DNA of 64,000 nucleotides. Source: Selaginella moellendorffii (taxonomy: Eukaryota; Plantae; Lycopodiophyta). The stretch covers positions 4,958,389-5,022,388 of the forward strand of contig NW_003314262.1 in the NCBI RefSeq assembly GCF_000143415.4, given 5' to 3'. Below the pieces are notes generated by a model that did not search any database, was not told the DNA's origin, and worked only from the letters and a program-made list of their open reading frames with translations. Made by a program: the position numbers and the translations under genes. Numbering within the stretch: the first letter of the stretch is position 1; each line of letters begins with the position of its first letter. Below, in pieces: positions 10,548-23,836 of this stretch.

Positions 10548-13543
10548 ATGGCTCCCACCCAAGTCCTGCTCAAAGGCCTCATCCTCCTCCAGAAGAAGCA
10601 CGTCTTGGATCTCACGGACGTTGGCGCGGATCTCTGGGACGACGCCAACGACTTGTTTGGAAACAAAGTCAAACTCCAGCTGATAAGCGAGCTCGTCGAT
10701 CCTGGTAAGCAGCAGCCGCAGCAGGGAAGCCTCGAAACTCTGAACGAAATCTCTTGCTTTTGCAGCCACTGGAAGCGGGAAGACGAGCCCCGAGGTCGCA
10801 ATTAGCGGATGGTTTCTGTCGTTCGACGGTCTGTCTGCTGGAGATGTCAAGTATGAGATCCAGTTCTCGGTGGACAGTGACTTTGGCACTCCCGGGGCGT
10901 TTCTCATCCGGAACCACCATCCCAACCAGTTCTTCCTCAAGTCCTTGACACTGAGCGCCCCGGACGGCTCTAAGATCCACTTTCCCTGCGAGTCGTGGGT
11001 GCACAACACCTCCAAGTACAGCAGCCCCCGTGTGTTCTTCAGGAACCAGGTACAGATCTGTTCAAAATCGGATTTTGCATTAGCAGCAGTCGAGCGAGAA
11101 TTCTAATCCAACTTTACCTCTTGCAGGTGTTCTTGCCTGACTCTACACCCGCGGGACTGAAGACCATCCGCGAAAACGAGCTCAAGTGCATTCGCGGAAC
11201 TGGAGAAGGCACGCGGGTCCCAGGCGACAGGATTTACGACTATGATGTCTACAACGATCTTGGAAATCCTGATGCCAAGCCGGAACTCAAAAGACCAGTC
11301 TTGGGAGGTGCGAAGCTTCAGTATCCTCGAAGGATTCGGACTGGACGCAAGCCTGCAAGAACTGGTAAGGAGTTTAGATTTAGCAGCAGCAGCATACTGA
11401 CCTGCTCTATTCTTCTCCGTATTTTAGATAGCTTATCCGAGAGCTGGTCATCCGACGACATGTATCTTCCACCCGACGAGAAAACTGCCAAGATCAGGAG
11501 TTCCAGTGTTTTGGGAGACTCCATCAAAGCGTTTGCTCACAAAATTGTCCCAGCAATCAAGACCTTCTATGCTGACCGGGCAGCCAGCTTCGAGAGCCTC
11601 GACGAGATCAAGGCTCTGTACGAAGAAGGTATCGACTTGGGAACCTGCGTCAACCCGTTAACCGACGAAGAAGCCAAGAAGAACGTGCGAAGTCCGTTTA
11701 CCTTGATAAGCGAGCTGACTACCACGGACGACGCCAACGCGGGGCTGCTCAAGTATCCACTGCCACAGATCTTACAAGGTTCTAGTCTTTCGCTCACAGG
11801 TTTGTGTAGAGACGGTCGCTGAGGGAAATCTTTTGTGCCAGGTGATGACGATACATGGATGTCCAACGATGAGTTCGCTAGACAGACTATCGCCGGATTG
11901 AACCCCATGCTGATCACGAAGCTCGAAACTTTTCCTCCCACAAGTTCTTTGGATCCAGCTGTATTTGGAGCACAAGCCACTGCATTGACAAACGAGCACA
12001 TTCAGACCCAGCTTCAAGGTCTCACAGTAGAACAGGTAACGTACATCTTCTAGACAAGGAAAACCAAAAGAGACTTACGTGAAAAAACTTTCAGGCGCTT
12101 GAGAAGAACAGGCTATTCATTGTAGACTACCACGATGTTTTCCTGCCATACTTAAACATCATCAATGCTCAGAAGAACAAAAGAACATACGGAACACGCA
12201 CCATACTTTTCCTCTCGAACGAGGGAACTCTGAAGATTGTCGCCATCGAGCTGAGCCTCCCAGCACCAGGAGAGAAGGGCCAGAGGAGCAATCGAGTTTT
12301 CCTCCCTCCAACTAACAAAAAGGACTGGCTTTGGGAACTTGCCAAAGCTCACGTCTCAGTTAATGACGCTGGATACCATCAACTCGTCAGTCACTGGTAA
12401 GTTTCATTGAAGTTTTTCTTTCTTTCCCTGTACAAACAAAGAACACGTTCCATGATCAGGCTGAAGACTCACGCTATCATGGAGCCAATCATCATAGCCA
12501 CTTACAGGCAGCTCAGCGCTCTCCATCCGATCCTCCTCTTACTTCAACCACATTACAAGAACACAATGGCAATCAACGCGAGAGCTCGCAAGGCACTGAT
12601 CAACGCCGGGGGCATCATCGAGGACTGCTTCACAACCGGACGATACTCCATGGAGATGAGCGCCGTTGTCTATGGACTCTCATGGAGATTCGACCAGGAA
12701 GGACTCCCAGCGGACTTGATCAAGAGGTAACCAAAGCAGGAAAAAACCAATAAAGATCGAGTTTTGTTCTAACTAAAAACTGCTATGATCAGGAAAATGG
12801 CTGTTCCGGATCCAAACGCAAAGCACGGACTGGAACTTATCATCAAGGACTACCCCTACGCGGTCGACGGCCTCAACATCTGGGACGCTATCAAAAACTG
12901 GGTGACGGACTACACGGACATCTTCTACAAGGAGGAAGCGTCAGTAGCGGCGGACACCGAGCTCCAGAGCTGGTGGCACGAGATCCGCTACGTCGGTCAC
13001 GCAGACAAGAAGGACGCCGACTGGTGGCTCAAGCTCGACTCCAAGAAAAACCTGGTAGAGTTGCTTACCACGGTGATCTGGTTGGCCTCGGCACACCACG
13101 CCGCCGTCAACTTCGGACAGTACGCTTACGCCGGCTACCCGGCAAACCGCCCGACCATCGCGCACCGCTTCGTCCCGGAGCCCGGCACCAAGGAGCACGA
13201 CGAGTTCCTGCAAAACCCCGAGAAGTTTTATCTGTCAGCAATCTCGTCCAGAGTGGAAGCTACAACTGTGATGACAACGATAGAGATCCTGTCAACTCAC
13301 ACGGCAGACGAGGAGTACCTGGGCGAGCGCAAGAGCGAGAACTGGACCGGGGACGCTCGAGTCCTCGCCGCCTTTAGCAACTTCACGGCCGCCATGCGAG
13401 AGGTGGAGCACCAGGTGATGGCCAACAACAAGAACCCGAGCCTCAAGAACCGGCACGGAGCTGTCGATGGCTACACGCTGCTGTGTATCAACTCCAAGCC
13501 CGGCCTCACTGGAAGAGGAGTCCCAAACAGCATTTCCATCTAG
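10548..13543 (+). CDS. LOX: Lipoxygenase (8 exons; PLAT plus catalytic domain)
   Basis: Motifs [65 protein letters not shown] and C-terminal [12 protein letters not shown] introns such as 10705-10765 and 11050-11126. TATA-like TTATAA at about 10465. Confidence 0.95.
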
Positions 13544-14156
13544 AAAACGCGAAAGCTTTCCACCCTTCCCCGTTTGTACTTCGAGAATCAACCAAGTCAC
13601 CCATTCCAAAAGCTCGCGACAGGAGCTGGCTTGTTCCAAAAAACTCTTACAATATTACACCTATGCATTGTCGTGCTGCTGCGAACATTCTATATTGAAT
13701 AGTCTTGTACAGCTCCCTGGACCAAAAAAAATCAAGCTTTAGCTGTCATGGGTCCACACATAGCTGTTGTATCCTGTACCTTGGAATGAAAAACCAAACT
13801 TTTTGGTACTCGGGCCGTGACAAAGCCAAAAGATCGGGTCAATTCTATCCTCCCTGTTCCATCTTCCTTCCTCTTTTTCTTCATCTTCTTCTCCCACCTT
13901 TGTCGAATCGCCACTGTAGTGTGCACTGTAATCGTTGCTGGCTGTGTGGAGCAGCGCTCTCCCTATACACTTCGCGGCTGGCTGGATCGCTCGCTTGATT
14001 CTCTTGCTGCTCCCTGGAAACCATACAGCGACAAACGCGGTCTCGAGCAGAAGATATAGTCGGTCACCCCGGAAAACAATCTCCAAAACGAATGTACAAG
14101 ACGACGTAGCGAGCGCGAACTGTGTAGTGTGTTCTTTGTGTATGTGTATGTGTGTG

Positions 14157-15431
14157 TCAATGGCTGCTGGTTGGAAAGAGAGTCAAAATTCGCCTGGGAG
14201 GCGACGAGCCGGGCTGTCCTTGATTCTCCATCACCATCTCCCTGTGATCCCCCGGACCGCCACCCATCCTCTGAGGCACAGACCTCCCCAAAGTCCCGTA
14301 AGGATGGTGCTCGAAGCCCGAGTAAGGGGGCCGGGGACCAAACGCGGCACCGACGTGAGGAGCTCCAAGCCCGGCAATCGGCACAGGCACCACCGGCGAG
14401 AATGGAAGAGCTACGACGTCGTCGCGATGGCCAGGGATGAAGTGTGCAGCGGCGGCGGCGAGGCCCGGAGGAACCGGCGTGGAGGCAAAGAGATGATCCG
14501 AGGCCGACGGCCCCTCGCTCGAGAGCCCCTGCATCCGCTTGAGATAGAGACGGTACTTCTGGAGATGGCTGGCGACGTTCTCTCGCGTGAGACCCTCCAC
14601 GTTCATCAGCTGCATGATCGTCTTTGGCACCGCGTTCTTGATCCCCAGGTGCGCCACCGCGTCCACGAATCGCTTGTGGAGCTGTGGAGTCCAAACCAGC
14701 CTCGGCCTCTTGAGCGTTCTAGCGGCCGGCTCCTCGCCGGAGTTCTCGGGACCCCCGCCAGAGTCGGCCTCCTCCTCCTCGCCCAGATCCGACGATTGCT
14801 TCCTCAATTTCTTGGCGGTGTTGCTGCTGTCCTCGGCCCCCATTCCACCACCAGAGCTCGTCTCTGGCCGCCGCTCGTAGGGGCTGTAGGGGAGATTGCT
14901 CATCATCGGCGCGCTGGCGACGCCAACCTCACCTCTCCTGGCCGGATCAAAGCCCTGCGTACCTTGAAACTGGAAAGAATTCCCCGCTTGCCCCGGCTGG
15001 AGCGAGGAATTCGCGGCCGCCCCAGCTCCAGCTCCCGCGCCAGCGCCAGCGTCCGCGAAACCCCCAATCCCGTTCCCCGCCGCGGCATTCTTGTCAATCT
15101 CCTCCTCCGCCGCGACTGGAAACGCGGGGATCGACTCGAACACGCCCCCGGGCGACGACGATGGCTGGCGCCGCAGCGCCGTGACCGTGGCGATCGAGGC
15201 GTGCAGCACGTCCGACGAGGATTTGGCCGCCTCCTGCGAGATGCTAAATGCGCTGGCCAGCTCCGGCGTGATCAAGCTCTGATTCAAGGGCGTCAGCTCC
15301 TCCGGCGTCGGCAGGCCCTCCTCCCACTCCTCGACGCGATCGTTCTCCTTCACTGCTGCTGCCATCGCGCGCGCCCCTGCCTGCCCTAACCCTAACCCTA
15401 ATCCGCCATAGCCCAGATCTCCCTGATCCAT
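14157..15431 (-). CDS. LUX: LUX ARRHYTHMO/PCL1 GARP-MYB clock transcription factor, intronless
   Basis: [28 protein letters not shown]; [59 protein letters not shown]; LTLFPT tail. First ATG at 15431. Confidence 0.93.
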   Translation of the reverse strand: MDQGDLGYGGLGLGLGQAGARAMAAAVKENDRVEEWEEGLPTPEELTPLNQSLITPELASAFSISQEAAKSSSDVLHASIATVTALRRQPSSSPGGVFESIPAFPVAAEEEIDKNAAAGNGIGGFADAGAGAGAGAGAAANSSLQPGQAGNSFQFQGTQGFDPARRGEVGVASAPMMSNLPYSPYERRPETSSGGGMGAEDSSNTAKKLRKQSSDLGEEEEADSGGGPENSGEEPAARTLKRPRLVWTPQLHKRFVDAVAHLGIKNAVPKTIMQLMNVEGLTRENVASHLQKYRLYLKRMQGLSSEGPSASDHLFASTPVPPGLAAAAAHFIPGHRDDVVALPFSPVVPVPIAGLGAPHVGAAFGPRPPYSGFEHHPYGTLGRSVPQRMGGGPGDHREMVMENQGQPGSSPPRRILTLFPTSSH

Positions 15432-15540
15432 TATCTTTTGGTCGGCCGGACATGTGATTTCCCACGGCGCATTCCATTGGCCCACGTACTCCGCGGTTGT
15501 TTAAGTAAGAGAATCTCGATCCATCGTAAAAAGATCTGGC

Positions 15541-15548
15541 AGATATTT
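15541..15548 (-). promoter_or_regulatory. Evening-element core AAATATCT upstream of LUX
   Basis: The + strand reads agatattt, 110 bp upstream of the LUX ATG. The evening element is the known CCA1/LHY/RVE site in LUX promoters. Confidence 0.6.
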
Positions 15549-15679
15549 GCGATTTGGTGAGCAATGGGTCACGTTTCTATTTTCTGGCCCCCACCTACCC
15601 GGGATTAAAATCGAACTAACTAGAGAATCTTTTAAAGCCTAGAATAGGGCGGGAAATTCAAGCTTTTTAAAATTTTAAA

Positions 15680-18215
15680 TTACACGGATGGACGGCCGAG
15701 ATGCTCCGCGATGAAGGGGACCAGCCCCGCGAGCAGAGCTCCAGGGCATTCTTCCGGCGGGAGGTGGCCACAGCGAGGAAGCGCGATGAATTTCTAGATG
15801 GGCGACGATCGATCGATTGATAAGTGGAGGAAAGGCAGAGAAATTGATTGATGCTTACCGATTTGGAGAGCCGGGACGCGAGATCTTGGACGGCTTGGAG
15901 AGGGACGAGCATGTCTTGCATCCCGGCCACCAGCAAAGCCGGGAGGTTTTGCACGGCAAGAAGGAGCTCGGGAGTGACTTGCTCGCTGCTGGATGAGAAC
16001 TTTTGCGATTCCAGTGCTTGGCGATCCCATCCATCGACACGGAGTGGTACCTGGATCGATGTATACACGGAAAATCATGGAAATCTTTTGATCAAGTTCG
16101 AATTTTTCCTCATACCTTGTAAAGTTCCATCACTTCTGAGGTGAGCTTGGAAGCATCGTGCCAGGCATGGCGACTCGCCATCTCCGAGCACAGCAATGGC
16201 CGGAGTATGTGCCGTCCCAAAGAAGTGTGGAGCAAAACTCGAGCAAATGGCGATATCACCTCTCTGGAGGAGCTCACCGCGATCAAAACCACACCTTTGA
16301 TCACCACCTTCATCGCAGAAATGAAAATCCATGAGATGATCCAACTATAGTGGCTTGGAGCTTACCTGCGTTGAGCTTGGAGATTTCAAGATCTTGGCAG
16401 CTGCCATAAGAGCGAGCAATCCACCGTCGTCGTGACCAACGAGCACGACCGATGAGAATTTTAGTTTCTGGCAAAAGCTCAGCAGCAAATCCACCTGCGA
16501 GCTCTCATCAGAGAAATCAAACAAGCAAGAACAACAGGAAAAACTCTTTTTTTTTCCTAGACGACGATGAATAGAACACTCACTTGTGACTGGAGCTCGT
16601 AAGGATTGGGAAGACCATCTTTGTCACGGCCACCATTTTTGCCCGGCCGGCTCGTCAGTCCCCAGCCAGGCCGATCAAACGCAGCAACACTGTGGCCGGT
16701 TTGTCGAGCTAGCGGAGCCATTACATGCCTCCAAGAGAAGACACCACCTCCAAAACCATGCACCAAAACTATTCCTTTGGAGCTCGAATCTCCCGGATCA
16801 ATGTCCACAATATGTTCTTCTCCTCCTCGATCACACCATCCAGAAACTTTGGACGGCAGGCTCAACGAAGAGCTTAGAAACAGTGGCTTTGATCCTGGAA
16901 ATGGTAAGCTTGCACTCCTCGACAGCGATTTCGATCGAAAACTTCTCTGGTCTCTCGGCCATCCCTCGCAAAGTCTGAAGTGCAAGTGCAAGCCTTTGCA
17001 GAGCATGAACTTGCTGTTAACGAGCAGCGGCGATTGCTCGTCATCCTCGTCGCTCTTCCCGAGCTTGTGGAAGATCGCCGTGGATCGAAAGCGCTTGCCG
17101 CGCCTGAGCTTGACGATATATTTACAAAAGAAATTCTGCCAGGATCAAGGAAAGAACTTTAGATCATGGAGAAGAGAACTTAGAGAAAAGCTGGAAAAAG
17201 AGGAAGATGTGATCAACAGAAAACTTACAGATTCTTCATCTCCCTGGGGAAATGATTTTTTCTTTGCCTGGCAGCTTGTCCTGTATGCTGAAACTCCATG
17301 CCCCAAGGCACACGCGAATGATGAAGCGAAGAGCATCACCACTCCAAATCTAGCGCTGCTAGTAGTGCTGCTCCAGAGTGATCCTGCTGGTGGTGTTCTT
17401 CTTGGTGTGGAAGACGATGATGAGAACACGGCGAAAAAGAGGCACGCCTTGACAGCCACAAGCGCTGCCGAGCTCAGTCCCAGCAGCGCGGCGATCATGA
17501 AGTAAGCCTCGCATCGCACTCCTCCAAGAGCGTACGCGGCTGGCGGAGGAAGAACACCAAGGGAATGATTTGTTAGCGATAATCGACATGAAGAACACGA
17601 AAGAGAGGACTGACTGACAAGACGAGGAGCACAAATTGTAAGGACACAAGGACGCCACTGACACAAACACGGCCGAGAAAAGCGAGAATTTATATACAAA
17701 GCTCTCGCCAAAGAAAGAAGTTCCAGAGATGGAGATGATCCACGCGAGAAGTTGACAAGAGCACGAAATCCCACGCAAAAGTCGGAAGAACAGACACTCG
17801 GACAAACGCAAACGCTAAGAACACTTGGATGAAAAAAATCGCCAACTTTACTAGACAAGCACGGTCGAAGAACAAAGAAGTGCGAGTTAAAACACGCGAC
17901 ACGGACAAAAAACTAGAAACCAACAACGAAAGGGACCGAGAGAAAGGTGGAAGACTCACAGATTATAGCGAAGGATCTGGCAATGGAAACGATCAAAATG
18001 TCGAGGAGCGACGAGCGAAAATCGTAGGATCCAAAGGATGATCGCTTCTCCAAGTCGAGCGTGGAGAGGATCACGCACGGGATCCCCACGTCGAGCAGCG
18101 CCAGCAGCAGTGGAGTGGAGGAATGTAGCACCAGCGATCCGACCATGCTTGTCATGAAGAACAGCGTTTTCACTCCTCGCTTCCATCCTTCCAGACGTCT
18201 CCGGAGAAAAGCCAT
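15680..18215 (-). CDS. Membrane-anchored alpha/beta-hydrolase, multi-exon
   Basis: N-terminal hydrophobic segments; IVLVHGFGGGVFSWRHVM; AFDRPGWGLTSRP; nucleophile elbow VGHDDGG (about 16420-16440); C-terminal CGHLPPEECP; stop TAA at 15680-15682. Confidence 0.88.
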
Positions 18216-19401
18216 ACCTTTCAGTGGATCGCGAAAGCTCTCTGCGTCGAGTAGCCACCTTTCACGGAGAATCCTCCTCCATAGCCACACTTTGCTCCTT
18301 TCGATCGAATTCCTGGCTCCGAATCTTCCTGTCCAAATCGATGTCTCTTGGAAGCGTGATCGTTTTCGAAGAGAGAAGATGGTGGAAGGAGGAGACAATG
18401 TAGGCAAGGCCAGGCGAAAAACAACGAAAAAGAAGAAAGAGAGGAAGTGGTTTTGTGACAAGTACACTGTGAGGAGGATCGATCCAGTAGCACGAAAGAG
18501 GTCGCTCGATATCGAGCCACAAAGTAGGGAGGGAAAGAAAAAGGGCAGAAAGAAAGAACTAAGAACAATGGCCTAGCCTATACCTCATAAGATCGATCAA
18601 ATCGGCGAAGTGGGCTCCTCGGACTAGCGCTCAAGCTAGGATTTTGGATCGATTCTCGGGGACCCAATGTGGGGCGACGCCGATCCGACGCGACCCAAGA
18701 GCGCGATTCGGGCCGATCCGCCCGGATCGAAGCAGCTGCCAGAGCTCTTCTCTCGGTTACTGCGTAGCTCTTCACTCAATCCTTCCATTTCTCGTCTTTT
18801 CACTGGGCGCTTCTCCAGATTTTCCAAAAACTTGGAACGTTTGCTACGCAACAAAAGCGAGAGAGCCTGGCACCAAAAATCGAGGAATGGGGGAGAAAGA
18901 TTCGCCCCCAAAAACAGAGGTCTTCCCCTCAGCTGGGAATGGCAAGATTCGCTCAAACAGCCATATTCCTTTCACACAAAAGAAGGAGCAAAAGAGAATG
19001 GAAAAGGGGAAAGATCGCACTGGACGCCATAGCCGAGAGCTGCTAGCTAGATGCAAGAGCTTCGATTTCTTCTTTTTTTGTTTAGTCTTGGTGGATATGA
19101 TCGTGTACTTGGTGGATCGCGCTGGCTGGAGCTTCCACTCACTCACAGCGTCGAAAATCTCTTCCTCCTCTTTTTTAATCGCAGTAGCCTCCAATTCCAA
19201 AATCCCTGCAGTGTGGATTCGCGGACACGATCATGAGGCAAAACATGCCTCAAATGATTGGAGCCAAAACAACCGCCCTGCGCTGGACACGATTCGATCA
19301 CACGACCAAAGTGTTTTTAAATAACACGAATATTTTGGAATCTTATTGGACAGAATATGCTCCCGCATCTTTTGCTGGGTTTGAAAAAAGCAGGCAATTC
19401 G

Positions 19402-20622
19402 CTAGCTTGCTGCTTCTTCGTCTTCGTCGTCTTCGTTCTTCGGCGGCGCCACCGCCGCCCCCGCCATCCCCAGCGGCGTAAGCTCCACCGAGATCTCCGT
19501 GATGAGCGATCGATTGTCCTCGTCCACGCTGAGCGAGAGCTGATCCACCGGGATCGCCCCCCACGAATTGAGCCGCCCGACCACCTTCATCGATCCGCCC
19601 CGCCGCAGCGCCGCCTCGAGCACGCCGATGGCGTCTTTGATCGGCCGGACCACCAGCATCCACTCGCCCACGCTCACGCAGCACGCCGTGACCAGGAAGC
19701 GCAAGAACGCCACCACTTCGTGCTTGCCACTCCGGTGCTCCGCCAGCGCCGAGGACGAGAGGCCGAGCAGCAGGACGTGGAGAGGGACGAGCACCATCAC
19801 CACCGTCAGGAGGCCATAGACACGGATCTGGAGCCTCCTGTTGATGACGAGCAGCACCATCTTCCAGCCCAGGAACAAGAAATACGCGACGTAGCACACG
19901 CTGAAGATGCTCGTCGCCACCGTGCTGAGGAGTGGAACCCGGCAAGCCGCCACGAATCTCGTCGTCGTGATCGTCGTCGTGGAACCGCCACCATCGCCGC
20001 CGCTGCTGCTTGTAGTCCTTGTTCTCGTCTCGTTCACGAACGCCATGGTGAACGACTTTGGAATGGCGCCTCGGAATCCTTCGTCCTGCTCCGCAAAGCT
20101 TGGAAAGCTCGAGTACTCGATCGCCGGGACGATGAACACCAGGAAGAGCTGGACCAGAACCGCTGGCAAAGCCAGGAGAGCGATGAAGACCACGGAGCGG
20201 TGCCGCCACCTTCGTCGCCCCATGAAGCTGAAAGGATCACTGCGGAGCGACTGGCGGATGAGGAAGAGCGCTGCTAGGAAGAAGCCAGGCTCTGCAAATC
20301 CCAGCGTCAAAAGCACGTAGCTCCGGCAGACGTTGGCTTGTTCTTGAAAATCGAGGCCATGGAAAGCCCAGCCTCGGTTCCGGAGAATCGGGAGTCTCAG
20401 TAGCTCCAGCAGCAGCCACAGCGCTCCCAGGCTGCTCAGCAAAACTCTCAGCAGCCACGGGGAGTTGAACTCCCGGAGATGACGAACGTTGAAGCCTCGA
20501 CCATGGATGATCTTGCGTCGAAAGCTGAATACGTAGGCTATACATGCAACCCCCAATCCGGAGAGACAAACCAGCAGCACCAAAGTCACGATCTGGAGGG
20601 CTTCCTCGCTGCTCAGGGGCAT
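19402..20622 (-). CDS. Multi-pass (about 7 TM) membrane protein resembling Arabidopsis Cand1 (At1g57680)
   Basis: Intronless ORF from ATG 20622 (MPLSSEE...). About 7 hydrophobic helices; FNSPWLLRV, LGFAEPGF, CRVPLLST, VINRRLQ, LVVRPIKDA. Confidence 0.8.
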   Translation of the reverse strand: MPLSSEEALQIVTLVLLVCLSGLGVACIAYVFSFRRKIIHGRGFNVRHLREFNSPWLLRVLLSSLGALWLLLELLRLPILRNRGWAFHGLDFQEQANVCRSYVLLTLGFAEPGFFLAALFLIRQSLRSDPFSFMGRRRWRHRSVVFIALLALPAVLVQLFLVFIVPAIEYSSFPSFAEQDEGFRGAIPKSFTMAFVNETRTRTTSSSGGDGGGSTTTITTTRFVAACRVPLLSTVATSIFSVCYVAYFLFLGWKMVLLVINRRLQIRVYGLLTVVMVLVPLHVLLLGLSSSALAEHRSGKHEVVAFLRFLVTACCVSVGEWMLVVRPIKDAIGVLEAALRRGGSMKVVGRLNSWGAIPVDQLSLSVDEDNRSLITEISVELTPLGMAGAAVAPPKNEDDEDEEAAS

Positions 20623-21755
20623 CACCCGATTGATATCTCTCGCGAATTCTACACTGCATGCTGTTGTGACCACCGCAAAGTCGTCGTCCTACTAGCACTG
20701 CCGCCGCCGATGACGATACCACAAACACCACCGCTGCTGATACCACCACTGCTGCTACCGCCTGTTCTTCTCCTCCAAAAAATCCTCCTGGCTGCTCCAA
20801 TTCTTCCCAGCTTCATTCGTTTCTAATCCATAGCCTCGCCTGCTTCTACCTCGGCCGACGAAGAACTCGAACTAACTATGCTTGTCCTTTGCGGAAATTC
20901 CCAGCCAGCGCTTGTCGAGCTGCCTTAAATGTGACGAGCGAGAGAACGAACTCCTGTGAGATCCTTATCCGGAAAACTGCTCCAATTTCCCCCCTCTCTC
21001 CAATCCTCCCGGCCAAAGATTTCTACTTAGAAATCTTTCTTCTCCTCTCTCTCTCTCTCTTTTCCTCGCGCTCTCTCTCACCTCGCGAAGAAATAAATCC
21101 CTGGGCCCGCGAATTCCACCGCTCTCTCGCCTGGAAACGGGACCCTAGATTATGGATTGAGCCGCTTACCCGCACCGATAGGGAGGGAGACGACGATTCT
21201 TGCTCGATCGATTGCGGCGGCGCGAGCGCCGAGAATGCAATCGCAGCGCGCAGCTCCCTGGATTGACAAGAATGATCGCCGCCGCTGTGTGGAGCTCTTC
21301 TAGCCCTCGTCAAGCTCCAGCTATTTGTTCGTCGTGGTCGTCTTTGCTGTGAATCCGTGCACACTTCGTGGGGAGTATCGCAGAAAACCGATGGAGGCCG
21401 TCCGGCCGTACCGCGGGTGACTGGCTCACTGCCTACCTGGGCAAATGAACCGGTGGCTAGTGTACGGCATTACCGGCTACAGCCCGTGGGACCCGCCTGG
21501 GTGGCGGACAGGCTGGCGACAGACGTGGTCGTGCCGTACGCGCGCTTTTTTCGTACTCGCGAGCATCGGCCGCCGGCAAGACGGAATGTGCTGCCGGCAG
21601 AATATGCTTTGCCGCCATTGAATATGCTTGTCGTAATCAGGCGGTATCACGAGAAGCAGAAGTTTCGTCGCTGTCTTGATCGATCGAGACGATCGCTTTG
21701 ATACTTTTGCTAGTTGCCTGCAGCGATTGAGTCGATCGTGAAGCACAGGAGGAGA

Positions 21756-23580
21756 ATGCTGGACGAGGAGGAGGGAGATTTTGAGCTTGCTCAGAATCAG
21801 CGCTTCCGGCCAGGGAGAGGCGGAGGAGGAGAAGAAATGGCGAAGAGCGACGCCGCTCCATCGCGGTGGAAAGTCGCAATGCTGCTCGTCTTGGTAGTGG
21901 CGGGTTTAGGGTTCTTCGCAGCTGCTACTAGCACGGCGGGAAGAATCGGCAGCCGGCGGTCCCTCTTGGCAAGGCCTGGCGATAATCGCGACGTCGATCC
22001 CTTCATCGTCTCGGCGTGCCACGGCACGCGCTATCCGGAGGTATGCGTCTCATCCATCGCCGCGGATCCCCGGTCCAGGCAGGGATTCACCTCTCCCGAC
22101 CAGATAATCTCGCTCGCGATCGATCTGGCGTCGCAATCGTCCTCTCGCAGCTTCAATCTCACAGCCGGGATCCTTGATCGCGCCGGGGGCAACAAGAATC
22201 TCACGGCGGCATCGACCGATTGCGTCCATGTCCTTGGTTTTGCGATCAATCGCTACGAGAAGCTCCGGCGATTGGGGCTATCGATCGCGGTGGTGAAGGA
22301 TTTCGAGGCCTGGTTGAGCGGCATTCTAGCCTATCAGTACGATTGCTTCTCGGCTCTTGGCTACGTGAATTCCAGCACAGAGGTCCAGAGGGTGATGCTC
22401 CAGGTGAACGCCGGAATGGATTTGATCAGCAATGCCCTCTCCATGGCCGATGCTTGGGCTCTCTATGGAGACAACGTTTCAAGCTGGAAGCCACCTCCTT
22501 CCAAGCGAGAGCTCTCGCTTGGAAGAACTGGAGGAGGAGAAGTTCCAGTGGAAGATTTACGTCCATCAGGCTGGATCCAGCTTGAGCAGCAGCGTAAATT
22601 CTCGGTGGTTGTTGGCAAGAGTGGAAGTTTCAAGACGATCCAGGAGGCCATCGACAGCGCTCCAAGCAATAGCAAGGAGAGATTTTCCATCTACATTCAA
22701 GAGGGGATTTACGACGAGCGCATTTACGTCTCTGACTCCAAGAGCATGATCATGCTCGTGGGTGCCGGTGCGAGGAAAACGATCATCTCCGGCAACAATT
22801 ACGTTCGCGAAGGCGTGACAACCATGGATACTGCCACAGTGTGTAAGTTCCTTTACAGACTTTTTGTTCTTCTTTCATGAGCTGATTTTTCTCGTTGTTT
22901 CTTTCTCTTTTCTAGTGGTTGCTGGAGATGGATTTGTTGCTCGGGACCTGACAATTCGGAACACAGCCGGTCCCGAGCTTCATCAAGCGGTGGCACTCCG
23001 GATCAATTCAGACAAGGCAGTCATCCAGTCGTGCACCCTCGAAGGCTACCAGGACACGCTCTACTCTCACACAAACAGGCACTACTTCGAGAATTGCACC
23101 ATCGCTGGCACCGTCGACTTCATCTTTGGCAATGCCGCGGCCTTCTTCTCCAACTGTAAGCTCGTTGTCCGTCCTGGACGAACGGGTATCTATACCAGCA
23201 TGGTCACCGCTCATGGAAGGATCGATCCCGCTCAAACAATTGGATTCGTGTTCCACAAGTGCTCCGTCGAGACCTCGGAAGAATTTTCGGGTGGAGCACC
23301 GAAGAAACTGCACGTGTACTTGGGGAGGCCTTGGAAAATGTTCTCGAGAGCGGTCTTCCTCGACTGCTACCTCTCAAGCTCTGTGGATCCGCAAGGCTGG
23401 CTAGCCTGGAAGGGAGACTTCGCTCTTGATACACTGCTCTTCGCCGAGTACGAAAGCTATGGTCCTGGTGCTGATGCGAGCCACAGAGTTTCCTGGTCGA
23501 CACAGCTAAATCCTTCACAAACTTCGGCATACTCCGCTCAAGAATTCATCCAGGGCGATGGCTGGATTCCCAAGCCATGA
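21756..23580 (+). CDS. PME: Pectin methylesterase with N-terminal TM and PMEI pro-domain (2 exons)
   Basis: PMEI cysteines (CHGTRYPEVC); catalytic motifs QAVALR, YQDTL, DFIFG, LGRPW; intron 22843-22915. Confidence 0.93.
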
Positions 23581-23836
23581 AGGATTCATATTGGAAGTCT
23601 CGAAATATCGGCTTTTTTCTAAAGATTCCTTTGAGATTTGCAAGCTATCTTCGTCTTTGGCTGGATCGTGCTGCTGCTTTAGGGACAGAGAGACAGCCAC
23701 CTTATGCGAGCACCACCACGAGCGGCTCGCCACTTCCACCCGAAGTTCCACGTACTTGATGCCGAGAAGAAGAAGCTCATGGAAACTTTGGAAACTCATG
23801 CATCGAGTTTCCGAAAGAATGTATTGCCTGGACTTA

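Noticed and set aside
13935-15389. 484-aa plus-strand ORF
   Set aside because: Antisense shadow of the GC-rich LUX CDS. Arg-rich, non-ATG start, no domain.
15383-15401. Telomere-like (CCCTAA)3
   Set aside because: Only three units, encoding LGLGLG within the LUX N-terminus or acting as a telo-box. Not a telomeric array.
16606-17858. 299-aa (+) and 237-aa (-) ORFs
   Set aside because: An antisense shadow, and an intron read-through frame of the hydrolase gene.
19343-20320. Several long overlapping ORFs
   Set aside because: Alternative or antisense frames of the GC-rich Cand1-like CDS.
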